Shown: positions 37,967 to 48,061 of the stretch, one piece after another | How the letters are laid out: the number at the start of each line of letters is the position of its first letter | Numbering within the stretch: the first letter of the stretch is position 1 | Origin: Arenicellales bacterium | GTDB taxonomy: Bacteria; Pseudomonadota; Gammaproteobacteria; Arenicellales; JAJDZL01 | DNA: 64,000 bases | Direction of reading: 5' to 3' | Assembly: GCA_965202855.1 (NCBI GenBank) | Contig: CBDBBP010000002.1 | Location: 58,913 to 122,912, forward strand | Program-made: the position numbers and the translations under genes | The notes under the pieces: generated by a model | Told to the model about the DNA's origin: nothing | The model's input: the letters and a program-made list of their open reading frames with translations, nothing else | Databases searched by the model: none

Positions 37967-39650
37967 AATTCCTGCGTTCGCAATTTTCTTTCTCGGCGCG
38001 ATTGGCGCCCTATTCCTCAGGGGGAAACTGCTTTCGTCTTGGGTTATTGCAGTACCGGTTGTCAGTGGGCTGCTGCTTTTGTCAAACTCACCTGATGCTA
38101 CGTTGCAGGTTTCAGTTGCGGGACTCAATCTTACTCTCTATAAAACCGATCAACTGAGTCTCGTTTTCGGTTACGTATTTCACATCGCCGCCATTTTGGG
38201 TGGAATATTTTCTTGGCGCGTTGACAATTCTGTGCACCAAGCATCAGCTTTGGCCTATGCGGGCAGCGCTTTGGGGGCAGTGTTCTGTGGAGACCTGATT
38301 TCACTCTTTTTGTTCTGGGAATTAATGGCGTTCGTTTCAACCTATTTGGTGCTAGGCAGGGGAACTGACAGGGCAACTCAAGCTGCAATTCGATATTTGA
38401 TCATTCAAATCGTATCTGGATTGCTGTTGCTTGCCGGAGCCGTTTTGCACTATCACCAAACAGGCAGCTTGGAATTCACTCATATTGGACTCTCTGGACT
38501 TGCGTCGGCTTTGATATTTATCGCTTTTGGAATCAAGTGCGCATTTCCTTTGTTGCATAACTGGCTTACTGATGCCTATCCGGAGTCAACGCCAGCGGGA
38601 ACAGTATTTTTGAGCGCTTTTACTACAAAAGTAGCAGTGTATGCGCTTGCCAGAGGCTTCGCAGGTACCGAATTTTTGATCTATATCGGCACGATAATGA
38701 CGTGCTTCCCAATCTTCTATGCAGTAATCGAAAATGACCTCAGGAGAGTTCTGGCCTACAGCATGATCAACCAAATCGGCTTCATGGTCTGCGGCATCGG
38801 AATTGGTACAGAACTCGCAGTCAATGGAGCAGTTGCTCATGCGTTCAACGACATTATCTTTAAAGGTCTTTTGATGATGTCGATGGGTGCAGTTTTATAT
38901 CGAACCGGGAAAATGAACGGTTCTGACTTGGGCGGCTTGTATAGGTCGATGCCGAAAACAGCAACCTTGTGCATTGTAGGAGCCGCATCCATCTCCGCCT
39001 TCCCGTTATTCAGCGGTTTTGTCAGCAAATCGATGGTGATGTCGGCAGCACTGGAAGAAGGCTACTTTATTATCTGGATCGCACTATTGTTTGCTTCAGC
39101 GGGCGTCTTTCATCATGCAGGCATAAAAATTCCATTCTTTGCATTCTTTTCCCATGACTCTGGAATCAGAACCAAAGAAGCTCCGACAAGCATGCTGATC
39201 GCGATGGGCATTGCAGCGGTTCTGTGTATCGGTATTGGATCTTTTCCAAATCTGCTTTATTCCATCTTGCCGTATGCGACGGACTACAACCCGTACGATG
39301 TAACTCATGTGCTGGCACAAATTCAGTTGCTTGTATTTTCAGCATTGGCCTTTGTTTGGCTCAAACTGTCTGGAATCTACCCGCCGGAGCTTCGAGGTAT
39401 CAACATTGACGCTGAATGGGTTTATCGAAAAGGACTATATAAGGCGTACAAAGTTCTCGCAGCTTTAATGCAAAATATCATAAATGACATTTATGCTTTG
39501 TTAATTGGCTTGATGAAGCAAATTTTTCAGCGGATTGATCGGTCGACTCATGTCGTTTCTCGCCTAGCAAAAGAAACAACCATTGACGTCATGGTGCTCG
39601 GTGTTTTGATCTTGTTTGCTGGCTTTCTCTTTTTAGTTTTCGGACTATAA
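37956..39650 (+). CDS. Antiporter-like subunit, MrpD/NuoM-N type
   Basis: FPLLHNWLTDAYPESTPAGTVFLSAFTTK. The start is placed at ATG 37956 (MATEIPAF...). Confidence 0.8.
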   Translation: MATEIPAFAIFFLGAIGALFLRGKLLSSWVIAVPVVSGLLLLSNSPDATLQVSVAGLNLTLYKTDQLSLVFGYVFHIAAILGGIFSWRVDNSVHQASALAYAGSALGAVFCGDLISLFLFWELMAFVSTYLVLGRGTDRATQAAIRYLIIQIVSGLLLLAGAVLHYHQTGSLEFTHIGLSGLASALIFIAFGIKCAFPLLHNWLTDAYPESTPAGTVFLSAFTTKVAVYALARGFAGTEFLIYIGTIMTCFPIFYAVIENDLRRVLAYSMINQIGFMVCGIGIGTELAVNGAVAHAFNDIIFKGLLMMSMGAVLYRTGKMNGSDLGGLYRSMPKTATLCIVGAASISAFPLFSGFVSKSMVMSAALEEGYFIIWIALLFASAGVFHHAGIKIPFFAFFSHDSGIRTKEAPTSMLIAMGIAAVLCIGIGSFPNLLYSILPYATDYNPYDVTHVLAQIQLLVFSALAFVWLKLSGIYPPELRGINIDAEWVYRKGLYKAYKVLAALMQNIINDIYALLIGLMKQIFQRIDRSTHVVSRLAKETTIDVMVLGVLILFAGFLFLVFGL

Positions 39651-39982
39651 ATAGAGCTCAATTCCGAAAATCTGCAATCTTTTGCTGCCAAATATCATTG
39701 AAGATTTAACTGGCTGCTCAATTGCATCCAAAGTCTTTTCTTTTTTCGCAATCTCTCACTAGGGGAAAACTGAGTTCCGAAGTTAATGCGTATAGGGTGC
39801 CAAACGAAATGGCGATCCAGTTCACTAGCTGAGAATCTTCCACTTCGAATCTGTCCCAAAATTGCACTCCGATCATGATCTTTCCAAAGGTCCTGAAACT
39901 ACGTCGTCTCCTCCATCCGGGGTGAACAGTAAATAAATCAATCGGATAAATTTTGACTGCTATGCTTAATTTGACGTAATTT

Positions 39983-40408
39983 ATGCGATGCCTTAGGAAT
40001 GCACTGGAGGAAATTTTTTACGAATTAAACGAAAGCAATCCTATGAACCATTCAGATCTATCTTCTCTAATTTGGTCGTCAGCAGATGACGTACTGCGTG
40101 GAGTATTCAAACCAAGCGAATATGATCGAATCATTCTGCCCTTTGTCGTATTTCGACGTTTAGACTGTGTTCTTGAACCTCGAAAAGATGAGATTTACGC
40201 AGTTCATGAAAAATTCAAGGATGATCTTCAAGACACCTTACCTGTCATTCGGAAACAGATTGATAAGCGGATAATTGGCCTCGTTAACGACAGTTTAGAT
40301 TTTTACAAAAAACTGGAAAACCAGCCTGAAACCAAGAACATGATTTTTCAGCATCTGTTTTCAGACTACCGGAAGCAAAAAGCTCGACCTGCTTTATCGA
40401 GACGCTGA
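39983..40408 (+). pseudogene. N-terminal fragment of a type I restriction-modification methylase (HsdM-like)
   Basis: LIWSSADDVLRGVFKPSEYDRIILPFVVFRRLDCVLEPRKDEI matches the HsdM N-terminal domain pattern. The ORF ends after about 120 residues with no methylase core. Confidence 0.5.
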
Positions 40409-41010
40409 TTTCTGTCACGAACTTAAGGTAGCAACGCAAAATCGTTTCCTTTTTCTGGAAGCTAGTTCAACTCGTTCGTTCCGACGTAACAGGTCCGCAG
40501 TTCGACTGATGTCAGTTTCTTCAATGGTCAGGAGGTGCGGGATGATCGGTCTAAGTCCACCATATTGTGCTACCTTTCATCGGCCCACAGATCATTGCAC
40601 GAAAATCCAGCACGTCTAGCTGTGAGAATAGTCAAATTGTAACCTGACCATTGCGAATCATATTCTGCGTAAATTTCTCCAAAGTTCATCAACAATTTCC
40701 AATTTATTTTTGCCCTGACGGTTTTCTGGAGTGTGTATGTCTGGGTTGCCTTGAGAAATTGGGCTTATGGCGATAGTGAAAAGTGAAGGAACGATTGGAA
40801 TGAATGCAAGCCTTTTCTGCATCATCACTCAAAGTAATGCTTGCTAAAGCCCATTTCAAAGTCGCTATAAGAAAATCCAAGCAAAACTGAATGACAGCAT
40901 GAGCTCGGATTCGACACATTTGATACGTGTTTTTGATTTTCTTATGGTGTTGGGTTACCAGACTCACAGTTTATTTCGAATCTATCCTAACTCCCCAAGT
41001 GCGACAAATT

Positions 41011-41064
41011 GGAAATATAATAAACTCATTGCTATTTCTCTTTGTGGCAGTTTATATAATTTCC
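41011..41064 (+). promoter_or_regulatory. Imperfect inverted repeat with TATAAT upstream of abiEi (candidate promoter and operator)
   Basis: GGAAATATAATAAAC (41011-41025) against the reverse complement of 41050-41064 (GGAAATTATATAAAC) matches at 12 of 15 positions. TATAAT lies at 41055-41060, about 29 nt before the start. Confidence 0.35.
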
Positions 41065-41088
41065 GATAAGTCGCTCTGGAGTTGTTAA

Positions 41089-41847
41089 TTGGGTTCCAAA
41101 ATAAATCGCGTGTTGCAGAAGTGGCCAGACCATGCCGTTGCGACTTTGCGCTGGCTAAGAAGCGAAGGAGTAGACCACCGTCTCGCTGACAAATATGTTC
41201 GGTCCGGGTGGCTGAAGCGACTCGGCCACGGCGCCTACGTGCGAGCGGGCTCGACCGTAGATTGGCCAGGAGGTGTTCTAGCGCTCCAAACGCAGCTAGG
41301 GCTTGATGTACACCCCGGAGCTATAACGGCGATGGACCTGCGCGGACACGCTCACTACTTAGCAATTGGAGGAACACGTGAAGTTATCCTGTTTGGTCAT
41401 TCTGGAATCAAACTTCCATCCTGGTTCAGACGTCATCAGTGGTCACAACCTGTTACGTTTGTAACAAGCGTCAAACTCGGCGACGGTTACAAAAGAACCT
41501 CAACCGTAGACGTTGGAGGCGTTAAGATCGCAGTCGCGACTCTGGAACGGGCTGCTTTCGAAATGATGTTTCTTGTGCCTCGGCGACAGTCTTACGAGGA
41601 AGCTCTACAGATTATGGAGTCATTGATGACCATTCGCCCACAGGTGGTGCAGCGCCTGCTCGAGAGCTGCACGTCTGTAAAGACTAAGCGATTGTTTATG
41701 CACGCCGCCGAACAGGTTCACTGCCCTTGGCTGTCACACCTTGATTTATCGAAGGTTGATTTTGGAACCGGGCGACGAAGCATTCACGCTGGTGGGCAAC
41801 TAGACAGCAAGTACGACTTGGTGGTAGCCGACCCAATCCCGCTATAG
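41089..41847 (+). CDS. Type IV toxin-antitoxin system antitoxin, AbiEi family
   Basis: 252 aa with L..W....V.T..WL...G....L...YV.SGWL.RLGHGAY. Lies directly upstream of the AbiEii-like gene. GC-rich relative to the window. Confidence 0.75.
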   Translation: MGSKINRVLQKWPDHAVATLRWLRSEGVDHRLADKYVRSGWLKRLGHGAYVRAGSTVDWPGGVLALQTQLGLDVHPGAITAMDLRGHAHYLAIGGTREVILFGHSGIKLPSWFRRHQWSQPVTFVTSVKLGDGYKRTSTVDVGGVKIAVATLERAAFEMMFLVPRRQSYEEALQIMESLMTIRPQVVQRLLESCTSVKTKRLFMHAAEQVHCPWLSHLDLSKVDFGTGRRSIHAGGQLDSKYDLVVADPIPL

Positions 41848-41855
41848 CAAGAGTT

Positions 41856-42527
41856 ATGGCACCGCCCAATTCTTATAGAGCGCAGGTGGAATTGATGATT
41901 CTTTGCCTGCCAGCTGTTGCGCAAGCTCCTGAATTCGCGCTGAAAGGTGGAACTGCGATAAACCTGTTTTACCATGACCTGCCTCGAATTTCAGTGGACA
42001 TTGATCTTACATATCTGCCGGTTACCGATCGAGAGACTGCTCTTCGCAGCATCCATTCAGGGCTGACTACCATCGAAAAGAACATCCGTCGAACGATGCC
42101 ACGAACACAAGTTCAACTGAATGCCAACACATTCAAGTTGCTTATCACCATGAACGGCGTACAAGTCAAAGTCGAACCGAGCACAATCATGCGCGGTAGC
42201 TTATTGCCTCCCATCGAAAGCAACCTTTGCTTGGCGGCGCAGAGAAAACACGAGGGATTTGCGAGCATTCGCCGATTGGATGTCGCGGACCTCTATGGTA
42301 CTAAAATTTGCGCAGCATTAGACCGCCAGCATCCACGGGACCTTTTTGACATCATGCTTCTCCAAACCGAAGGTGTTATACCTGACAATATCCGTCAAGC
42401 ATTCCTTGTCTATCTGGCCGCGCGTAATCGTCCAATCGCAGAACTACTTTCCCCAAATCCAAAACCACTTGAAAATCTGTTTATCCATCAGCCACCGCCT
42501 ATCGGCCTTGGTGCCTGCAGGATTTAA
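41856..42527 (+). CDS. AbiEii/AbiGii-family nucleotidyltransferase toxin, possibly 3'-truncated
   Basis: FALKGGTAINLFYHDLPRISVDIDLTY. It ends where the GC content drops, and 223 aa seems short for the family. Confidence 0.65.
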   Translation: MAPPNSYRAQVELMILCLPAVAQAPEFALKGGTAINLFYHDLPRISVDIDLTYLPVTDRETALRSIHSGLTTIEKNIRRTMPRTQVQLNANTFKLLITMNGVQVKVEPSTIMRGSLLPPIESNLCLAAQRKHEGFASIRRLDVADLYGTKICAALDRQHPRDLFDIMLLQTEGVIPDNIRQAFLVYLAARNRPIAELLSPNPKPLENLFIHQPPPIGLGACRI

Positions 42528-42936
42528 CAATCACCAACTCATATCCAGACCAATATGCATTCAAGTGTTCTTCAGACAGTTCATTGAATATTTGCACCAG
42601 CCAATGATTTCAAATGGTTTAAAAAAACGTTGGCATATACTGGAATCAAAGAGAGAGGGAAGAGACTAGGAAACTTGGGAGAATTAAATACACTACGATT
42701 GATCTTGAAAGGCAAATCACCGACAGTTGGGGGATCGCAACTATAGAAATGCATATCTAGAAACCCGTGAAGAGCTCAGAGACAGATTTGGTACTGATGC
42801 CAACAAAGATGAATTTATCAGGCAGTTCGAATTCGCATTCGGGAACAGGTAAAAACCGAATCAGTGTCGGACCGGAATTCCATGAGTCCAAAATTTAAGC
42901 TCGACCCTTTCACCATGCGCCAAATTCCGCAAAACC

Positions 42937-43317
42937 CTACGAAATCTGTTTAGCAATCCCGATGCCAATAAAAATCGCCAATATTGTAAATACCGCTGAA
43001 CTGATTGCGTAAACTACAGATTCTGTGATACGACCCTGCTGGAACATTACCCAGAAATCCAGTGAAAAAGCTGAGAACGTCGTATACCCACCCAAAAATC
43101 CCGTAATCAACAATGGAGCATATCTGCTTGGCTCTCCCTGCAATCCACCTAACCAAACATAAGCGACACCGATTAAAAGGGAGCCACTTACATTTACAAA
43201 CATAGTAGCGAAGGCAAAGTCATTCGTCCAAAAACGCGCGAATGCGAAACCTGCCAGATATCGACTTACCGCACCAAGAGCGCCACCAACTGCGACTTGG
43301 AAGATCGTCCAAATCAT
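42937..43317 (-). CDS. crcB: Fluoride ion channel CrcB/FluC
   Basis: 126 aa. GGALGAVSRY..., FVNVSGSLLIG and GFLGGYTTFSAFS. Confidence 0.9.
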   Translation of the reverse strand: MIWTIFQVAVGGALGAVSRYLAGFAFARFWTNDFAFATMFVNVSGSLLIGVAYVWLGGLQGEPSRYAPLLITGFLGGYTTFSAFSLDFWVMFQQGRITESVVYAISSAVFTILAIFIGIGIAKQIS

Positions 43318-43418
43318 AAAAGAGTCACTTTATTCGAATATCACTCAAACTTTGTCTGCAACAGCCATCAAGCAAACTGTTGGTACCCATCGTCTAATTG
43401 AATGAATAACACAAGATA

Positions 43419-44129
43419 TCAAAGTCTGCGCCAGATACTTCCGCTATCTGACTCCTGATCCAGGTAATCAAGCCACTTTTCATGTAATTCGATTTCCTCT
43501 TCGTTTGCGCGCAGGACAACGATGTCAAATGATTCCCTCCTCTCAGAAGCCGGCTTCGTTCCGTTGCCTGCGGTACCTGTTGCCAAGACACTCTCCAGCT
43601 GTAAAGAAGTCTGACCACCTGTCAGTGCCCGGTAGACTTTTACTAGAATCTCAGCATCCAGTAATGCACCGTGTAAGACGCGTTCTGAAATATCGATGTC
43701 GTACTCGAGCGCGAGCGCTTCGAGACTGTTCCGTCTGCCGGGACGCATACTGCGTGCCAGCTCGAGTGTGTCAATTACTTCACAGACTGTTTCCAGTTGA
43801 GGATAATCTTTGTCGACTAGCTGGAACTCGTAATTCAAAAATCCTAAATCGAATGGAGCATTGTGTATTACAAGAACAGATCCTTTAATAAATTCAAAAA
43901 GTTTAGGGGCGAGGTGAGAAAATGTTGGCTTGGCACTTAGAAATTCGTTATCAATGCCGTGAATTTCCATGGCCTCTTGTTCAACTTCTCGTTGTGGATT
44001 GATGTATTCATGAAATACACGGTCAGTTGGTGTTCGATCATCTAACTCGATGCAGGCAATTTCAATGACTCGATGACCTTCCCGAAAATCCAGTCCAGTA
44101 GTTTCCGTATCCAATACAATTCTACGCAT
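43419..44129 (-). CDS. dnaQ: DNA polymerase III subunit epsilon
   Basis: RIVLDTETTGL, VIHNAPFDLGFL and HGALLDAEIL exonuclease motifs. Confidence 0.9.
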   Translation of the reverse strand: MRRIVLDTETTGLDFREGHRVIEIACIELDDRTPTDRVFHEYINPQREVEQEAMEIHGIDNEFLSAKPTFSHLAPKLFEFIKGSVLVIHNAPFDLGFLNYEFQLVDKDYPQLETVCEVIDTLELARSMRPGRRNSLEALALEYDIDISERVLHGALLDAEILVKVYRALTGGQTSLQLESVLATGTAGNGTKPASERRESFDIVVLRANEEEIELHEKWLDYLDQESDSGSIWRRL

Positions 44130-44132
44130 CCG

Positions 44133-44594
44133 TCAATTCTCAACTGAAGGTATTGATTTTCGAGCCAAACGATCTACGTGCTCATTCCAGACGTCTCCAC
44201 TATGACCTTTTACCCAATTCCATGTAACATCATGAATTGAGTTCAACCGATCTAATTCTTGCCACAAATCGACGTTCTTTACCGGCTTTTTTGCCGAGGT
44301 TCGCCAATTGTTTCGTTTCCAGTTGTGAATCCACGTCGTGATGCCATTCTGTACATACTTGGAATCAGTGAAAAGCGTTACCTGACATCTACGCTTCAAG
44401 ATTCGTAAGGACTCAATTACTGCCATCATTTCCATTCGATTATTCGTCGTGTCAACTTCCCCACCAAAAATCTCACGCTTATGTTGGTTCCACAACAAAA
44501 TCGCACCCCAGCCGCCAGGTCCGGGATTTCCTTGGCACGCACCATCTGTATAAATTTGTACGTGTTGAATCGATGAACTAATTTTCGAAGACAT
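44133..44594 (-). CDS. rnhA: Ribonuclease HI
   Basis: [38 protein letters not shown] and [15 protein letters not shown]. Confidence 0.9.
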   Translation of the reverse strand: MSSKISSSIQHVQIYTDGACQGNPGPGGWGAILLWNQHKREIFGGEVDTTNNRMEMMAVIESLRILKRRCQVTLFTDSKYVQNGITTWIHNWKRNNWRTSAKKPVKNVDLWQELDRLNSIHDVTWNWVKGHSGDVWNEHVDRLARKSIPSVEN

Positions 44595-44601
44595 GAGGCT
44601 G

Positions 44602-45366
44602 CTACTTGCTTGAATTGGAACTATGAACTGTTCTTTCGGCCACTGGCTGTAAAACTGCGTGCTTATTTTTCAAGTTTCGTTCGAAAATTTTACTCATATT
44701 CATTCGGATCGCTATTTCCTTTTTTCTTGCGACAAGAACGTAAATCGAACCGAATCCGGGCCACCAACGCCTTCCCGCCGTTTCTACAAAACGACGCTTT
44801 TTTCTGCTCCAACTCGATATTGACGGAGGCCGGAAGAAAACAATCTCACCCGCAATTGATTCAAAACCCAAGAGTGACAACCAGTCTCGCACACGCAAAA
44901 TGGAGAGAAACTTAGCCTGCTGCAAAGTCATACTCCGAAAGCGGTTGCAATATTTCATGAAGCCTAAAATGCTCTTTGGATTGAATCCTATGATCACTAC
45001 GATTCCTTCTGGAACAATGCACTCAGAAATTTCACGAAAGACGTCATGCGGCGTCGAACTAAATTCGAGAACATGAGGCAGGATCAGTAAATCGACCGAT
45101 TTAGCCGCGAAAGGAAGCCACTCGCTTTCCGCAACTACATCACATTTTAATTCGCGTGCAATTCGAGTACTGACTCGACATTGAACTTCGGACGTTATTG
45201 TACCGAAATAATCAAACTGAGGATATTGCGAGATTTGTAAGGCAACGCGATAAAACTGCTGTGGCAACAACTTTTGGCAGCTGAAACGTTCAGCCTGAAT
45301 AATATCTTCACCAAGTGACGACTCCCACCACGGAATTGGAGATGAAATTTCTTTAGTTTCAATCAA
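44602..45366 (-). CDS. Class I SAM-dependent methyltransferase (yafS-like position)
   Basis: 254 aa. Sits upstream of rnhA-dnaQ, as in Pseudomonas and E. coli neighbourhoods. Confidence 0.65.
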   Translation of the reverse strand: MIETKEISSPIPWWESSLGEDIIQAERFSCQKLLPQQFYRVALQISQYPQFDYFGTITSEVQCRVSTRIARELKCDVVAESEWLPFAAKSVDLLILPHVLEFSSTPHDVFREISECIVPEGIVVIIGFNPKSILGFMKYCNRFRSMTLQQAKFLSILRVRDWLSLLGFESIAGEIVFFRPPSISSWSRKKRRFVETAGRRWWPGFGSIYVLVARKKEIAIRMNMSKIFERNLKNKHAVLQPVAERTVHSSNSSK

Positions 45367-45868
45367 GTCGTTGTTCTTATATTGAGGCTCCTATTTGATC
45401 GTTCGACCAATCTGAAATCTGGTTTGAGCACGATCAAATAAAGTGCTGTTTAACATAATTTTTAATAAAACTCACCTGGCAACAAGCTCTATTTTCAATT
45501 CAACTCGAATAGCAGGTTTACAAATTCTAGCACACATCAGGCTGATTCATTTCAGGCTGTATTTTAATTTTGGCTTGAGAGAATTGCGCTGCTCAAAAGA
45601 GTTGAATTCAATCCTTGGGCGGAGGGATGCAGGCAGCAGTCGTTGACTATCGATAGTCTGCTTTTACCACCATAAAGTTAAACTCACAATCACAGCCGCC
45701 ATAATGTATTCCCAAAGTAAACTAACTTAAGCCACAAATGTTTAGAGAACCTAACTTTGCGGACTTCGTATCCTTTGTCCAGTCAAAAAGAGATTTCCAT
45801 AGAGTTTTGCCGGCGACTGAAAGTTGTTTCAGGCAGTGGTGGCAAAATTTCATATAGTTCATGTTCAT

Positions 45869-46153
45869 TCAATTTTTTTTGCAGAATCGTGCAAAGCACT
45901 TGGAGCACGGGATCTTCGTTCGACGCAACTCCCAGGTTTTCTGCTGATTGAGCCGCAAATTCGGTGTAATTCCAATATATTGCGCAAGCCGAAATGCTGT
46001 ATCTGCGCTTACTCCTCATTGACCATTCAGGTACACGTAATTCGGTTGACTGGTAAACAGCACTTTTGACAATGCGTTCGCCGCGATGTTGAGCGTCTCC
46101 ATTTCCTCTCGGAGAACTTCACCGGGATGTACCGGCATCATTCCGTTTCTCAT
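45869..46153 (-). pseudogene. HigA-family antitoxin with an in-frame TGA
   Basis: MRNGMMPVHPGEVLREEMETLNIAANALSKVLFTSQPNYVYLNGQ(TGA at 46016-46018)GVSADTAFRLAQYIGITPNLRLNQQKTWELRR. Confidence 0.5.
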
Positions 46154-46171
46154 ACTCAATTCATTTCCTCG

Positions 46172-46395
46172 TCAGAGAATATCCGCGATCTCCACTTCAC
46201 TCGAATCGTCCTCGGTCCAACGAAAACAGATACGCTAAGCTGTTTGATTCGGACGCTGGTTTAACCAGAAAAGGAACCGCGCAATGCCTCCGCTTTAACC
46301 AAGACACGCAGGCGGCGTATTGCTTAAGAAGCAAATTCGTGAAGAATTTTCGATGAACGTTATGAGAGCAATTCAGATATTGAATTCCACAACGC
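46172..46395 (-). pseudogene. Heavily decayed HigB (plasmid-maintenance killer) remnant
   Basis: The tail RICFRWTEDDSSEVEIADIL(stop) ends 18 nt before the higA-like ATG. There are several stops upstream. Confidence 0.3.
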
Positions 46396-46398
46396 TCG

Positions 46399-46818
46399 TT
46401 ATGGAAATTCCCAAGGGTTGACAACTTCGAGACCAAGAAATTCAAAATCCCGAACATTCCTTGTCGCAATGGCAAGAGCGTTTGCTTTAGCAGTTCCTGC
46501 AATAAGTGCATCACCGACGTCTAATGCACCGCCTGATTTGTGTTTCTGTGCTCTATATTCGGCGGCTTGGATAGCTTCGGAATAACCTACGTGCAATATC
46601 CGGTCACCATATTCCATCACGAATGCCGATAATACTGCGACAATACCATCGCGGCGCCTCCCTGACGGGAGTAAAACAATACCATAGTGCAGCTCGTGCA
46701 AAACAACGGTGGACAACCACAGCTCATCATGCTCACTGAGGAACGCAAGTACTCGTTTATCCGGTACTCTCTTCGTCAACTCCGATACAACGTTGGTATC
46801 TATGAGAAACCCTTTCAT
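46399..46818 (-). CDS. vapC: PIN-domain toxin VapC
   Basis: MKGFLIDTNVVSEL ... ALDVGDALIAGTAKANALAIATRNVRDF. Confidence 0.85.
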   Translation of the reverse strand: MKGFLIDTNVVSELTKRVPDKRVLAFLSEHDELWLSTVVLHELHYGIVLLPSGRRRDGIVAVLSAFVMEYGDRILHVGYSEAIQAAEYRAQKHKSGGALDVGDALIAGTAKANALAIATRNVRDFEFLGLEVVNPWEFP

Positions 46819-47099
46819 TTATTCTCACTAACGGCGAACGGGATCTGCCGCTTGGACTTTCTGTCCGAATGGGATGCAAGATTAGTCCCTCGAGGCATGT
46901 TGTCGATCAGCCATTGCCCCATGGGCTGACGGGGGCTGTTCTTCTCATACCAGTCACTCGCAGGTACAACAATATACTGTCGCCTCTTGCCAATTAGTTG
47001 CGGGCCTTCCTCTTCGGAGAGGCGCAAGACTTCGGAAAGACGAGCCTTGGCTTGGGCGATTGTCCAGACTCGGTGGGCACTGTCATTTAATATGTTCAT
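46815..47099 (-). CDS. vapB: Phd/YefM-type antitoxin partnered with VapC
   Basis: WTIAQAKARLSEVLRLSEEEGPQLIGKRRQYIVVPASDW. 4-nt overlap with vapC. Confidence 0.75.
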   Translation of the reverse strand: MNILNDSAHRVWTIAQAKARLSEVLRLSEEEGPQLIGKRRQYIVVPASDWYEKNSPRQPMGQWLIDNMPRGTNLASHSDRKSKRQIPFAVSENK

Positions 47100-47117
47100 A
47101 CTTTTCTCTAGTAGATA

Positions 47118-47140
47118 ATATAGTCTATTATAGACTATAT
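47118..47140 (-). promoter_or_regulatory. Perfect 23-bp palindrome centred on a TATAAT (candidate vapBC promoter and operator)
   Basis: ATATAGTCTAT-T-ATAGACTATAT. The minus-strand TATAAT is at 47127-47132, 27 nt before the vapB ATG. Confidence 0.45.
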
Positions 47141-47380
47141 AAAAAGAATCTATCTTATGAAACTCTCAGACGCGGGTAACGCCGAAAAATTAAATGAGCT
47201 CAAGTCTATGCACAGCAGGATTCATTGAATGAATTCAATATGAATCAGTCATGGCGCAGCGTCGATTCTTTGAAGTGTACCCGAACAACCGTCTAGTAAC
47301 GGCTCCGACACGAATTTCGTTTAATAATATCAGATCAGAAATTGCTCGAATCTCCAAGAAAATCGACTTTTTGCCAGACA

Positions 47381-47641
47381 CTAGCCAGCCGACTCAAGTG
47401 AACGACGGAGAGTGGCAATAAATTCTTTGTGGAATCCTTCGTCGTCATCTCTGGACCAAGTTACTGTTGTAGAGTGATTCGTATCGAAGTGGGTCTTGCG
47501 ACCATCAAATTTCCTTTTTTCACAAATGTATATAACCAGTTTATTCAGTCCTTCTGCATAACCTGCCTCCCAATATGCTCCGTAGTTGTCGTGCGTGAGG
47601 TCAGCAACGACAAACGTTGCGCGTCTGATTTGATCTCGCAT
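47381..47641 (-). pseudogene. C-terminal fragment of a nucleoside 2-deoxyribosyltransferase / TIR-like (COG4271-type) protein
   Basis: ..FVVADLTHDNYGAYWEAGYAEGLNKLVIYI.. fits the ..IADLT...NV..E.G.A.G..K.VI.. pattern. A stop lies a few codons upstream of the listed start. Confidence 0.35.
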
Positions 47642-48061
47642 TATGTTATCGATTATGCCCGCTCTTGAGAGCGCCAGCGGTTAGCGTGGTCAGACTTTTC
47701 AGTACACTCGCAGCAAATTCACATTGAATTTATCCAACGTGGCAACACATTTTAGCTTAAAATCCCGTATCCACACCATTAAGGTGACTGTGAAACCTGC
47801 AGGTATTGTCAAACCGCAATACCTATGAGGTTTCAAATCATATTATTCAACACTGGAACAGAGCAGTGCTCTTGGAGTTCGCAAATCCTGTCATGAGTTG
47901 AAATTTATTTTGAAATCAACATTTTTGTTTTGAAAAAAGTTGATATATAACTTATAAGTATTTATTTGTGGATAAAGCTTGGGGTGATTCTATAGGAATT
48001 TTAATCACCTCCATTCTTCATGTTTAAACTCCAATTCTGTGGTGGCCATAGATAGGCAGAA

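Noticed and set aside
43318-43418. Fluoride riboswitch upstream of crcB
   Set aside because: The 100-nt spacer on the minus strand (...AGACGATGGGTACCAACAGTTTGCTTGATGGCTGTTGC...) contains GATGG but lacks the paired GGnGATGGn.TTCnCC stem and the downstream CTGATGATGCCTAC-type element as I remember the motif. crcB may simply be read through from dnaQ.
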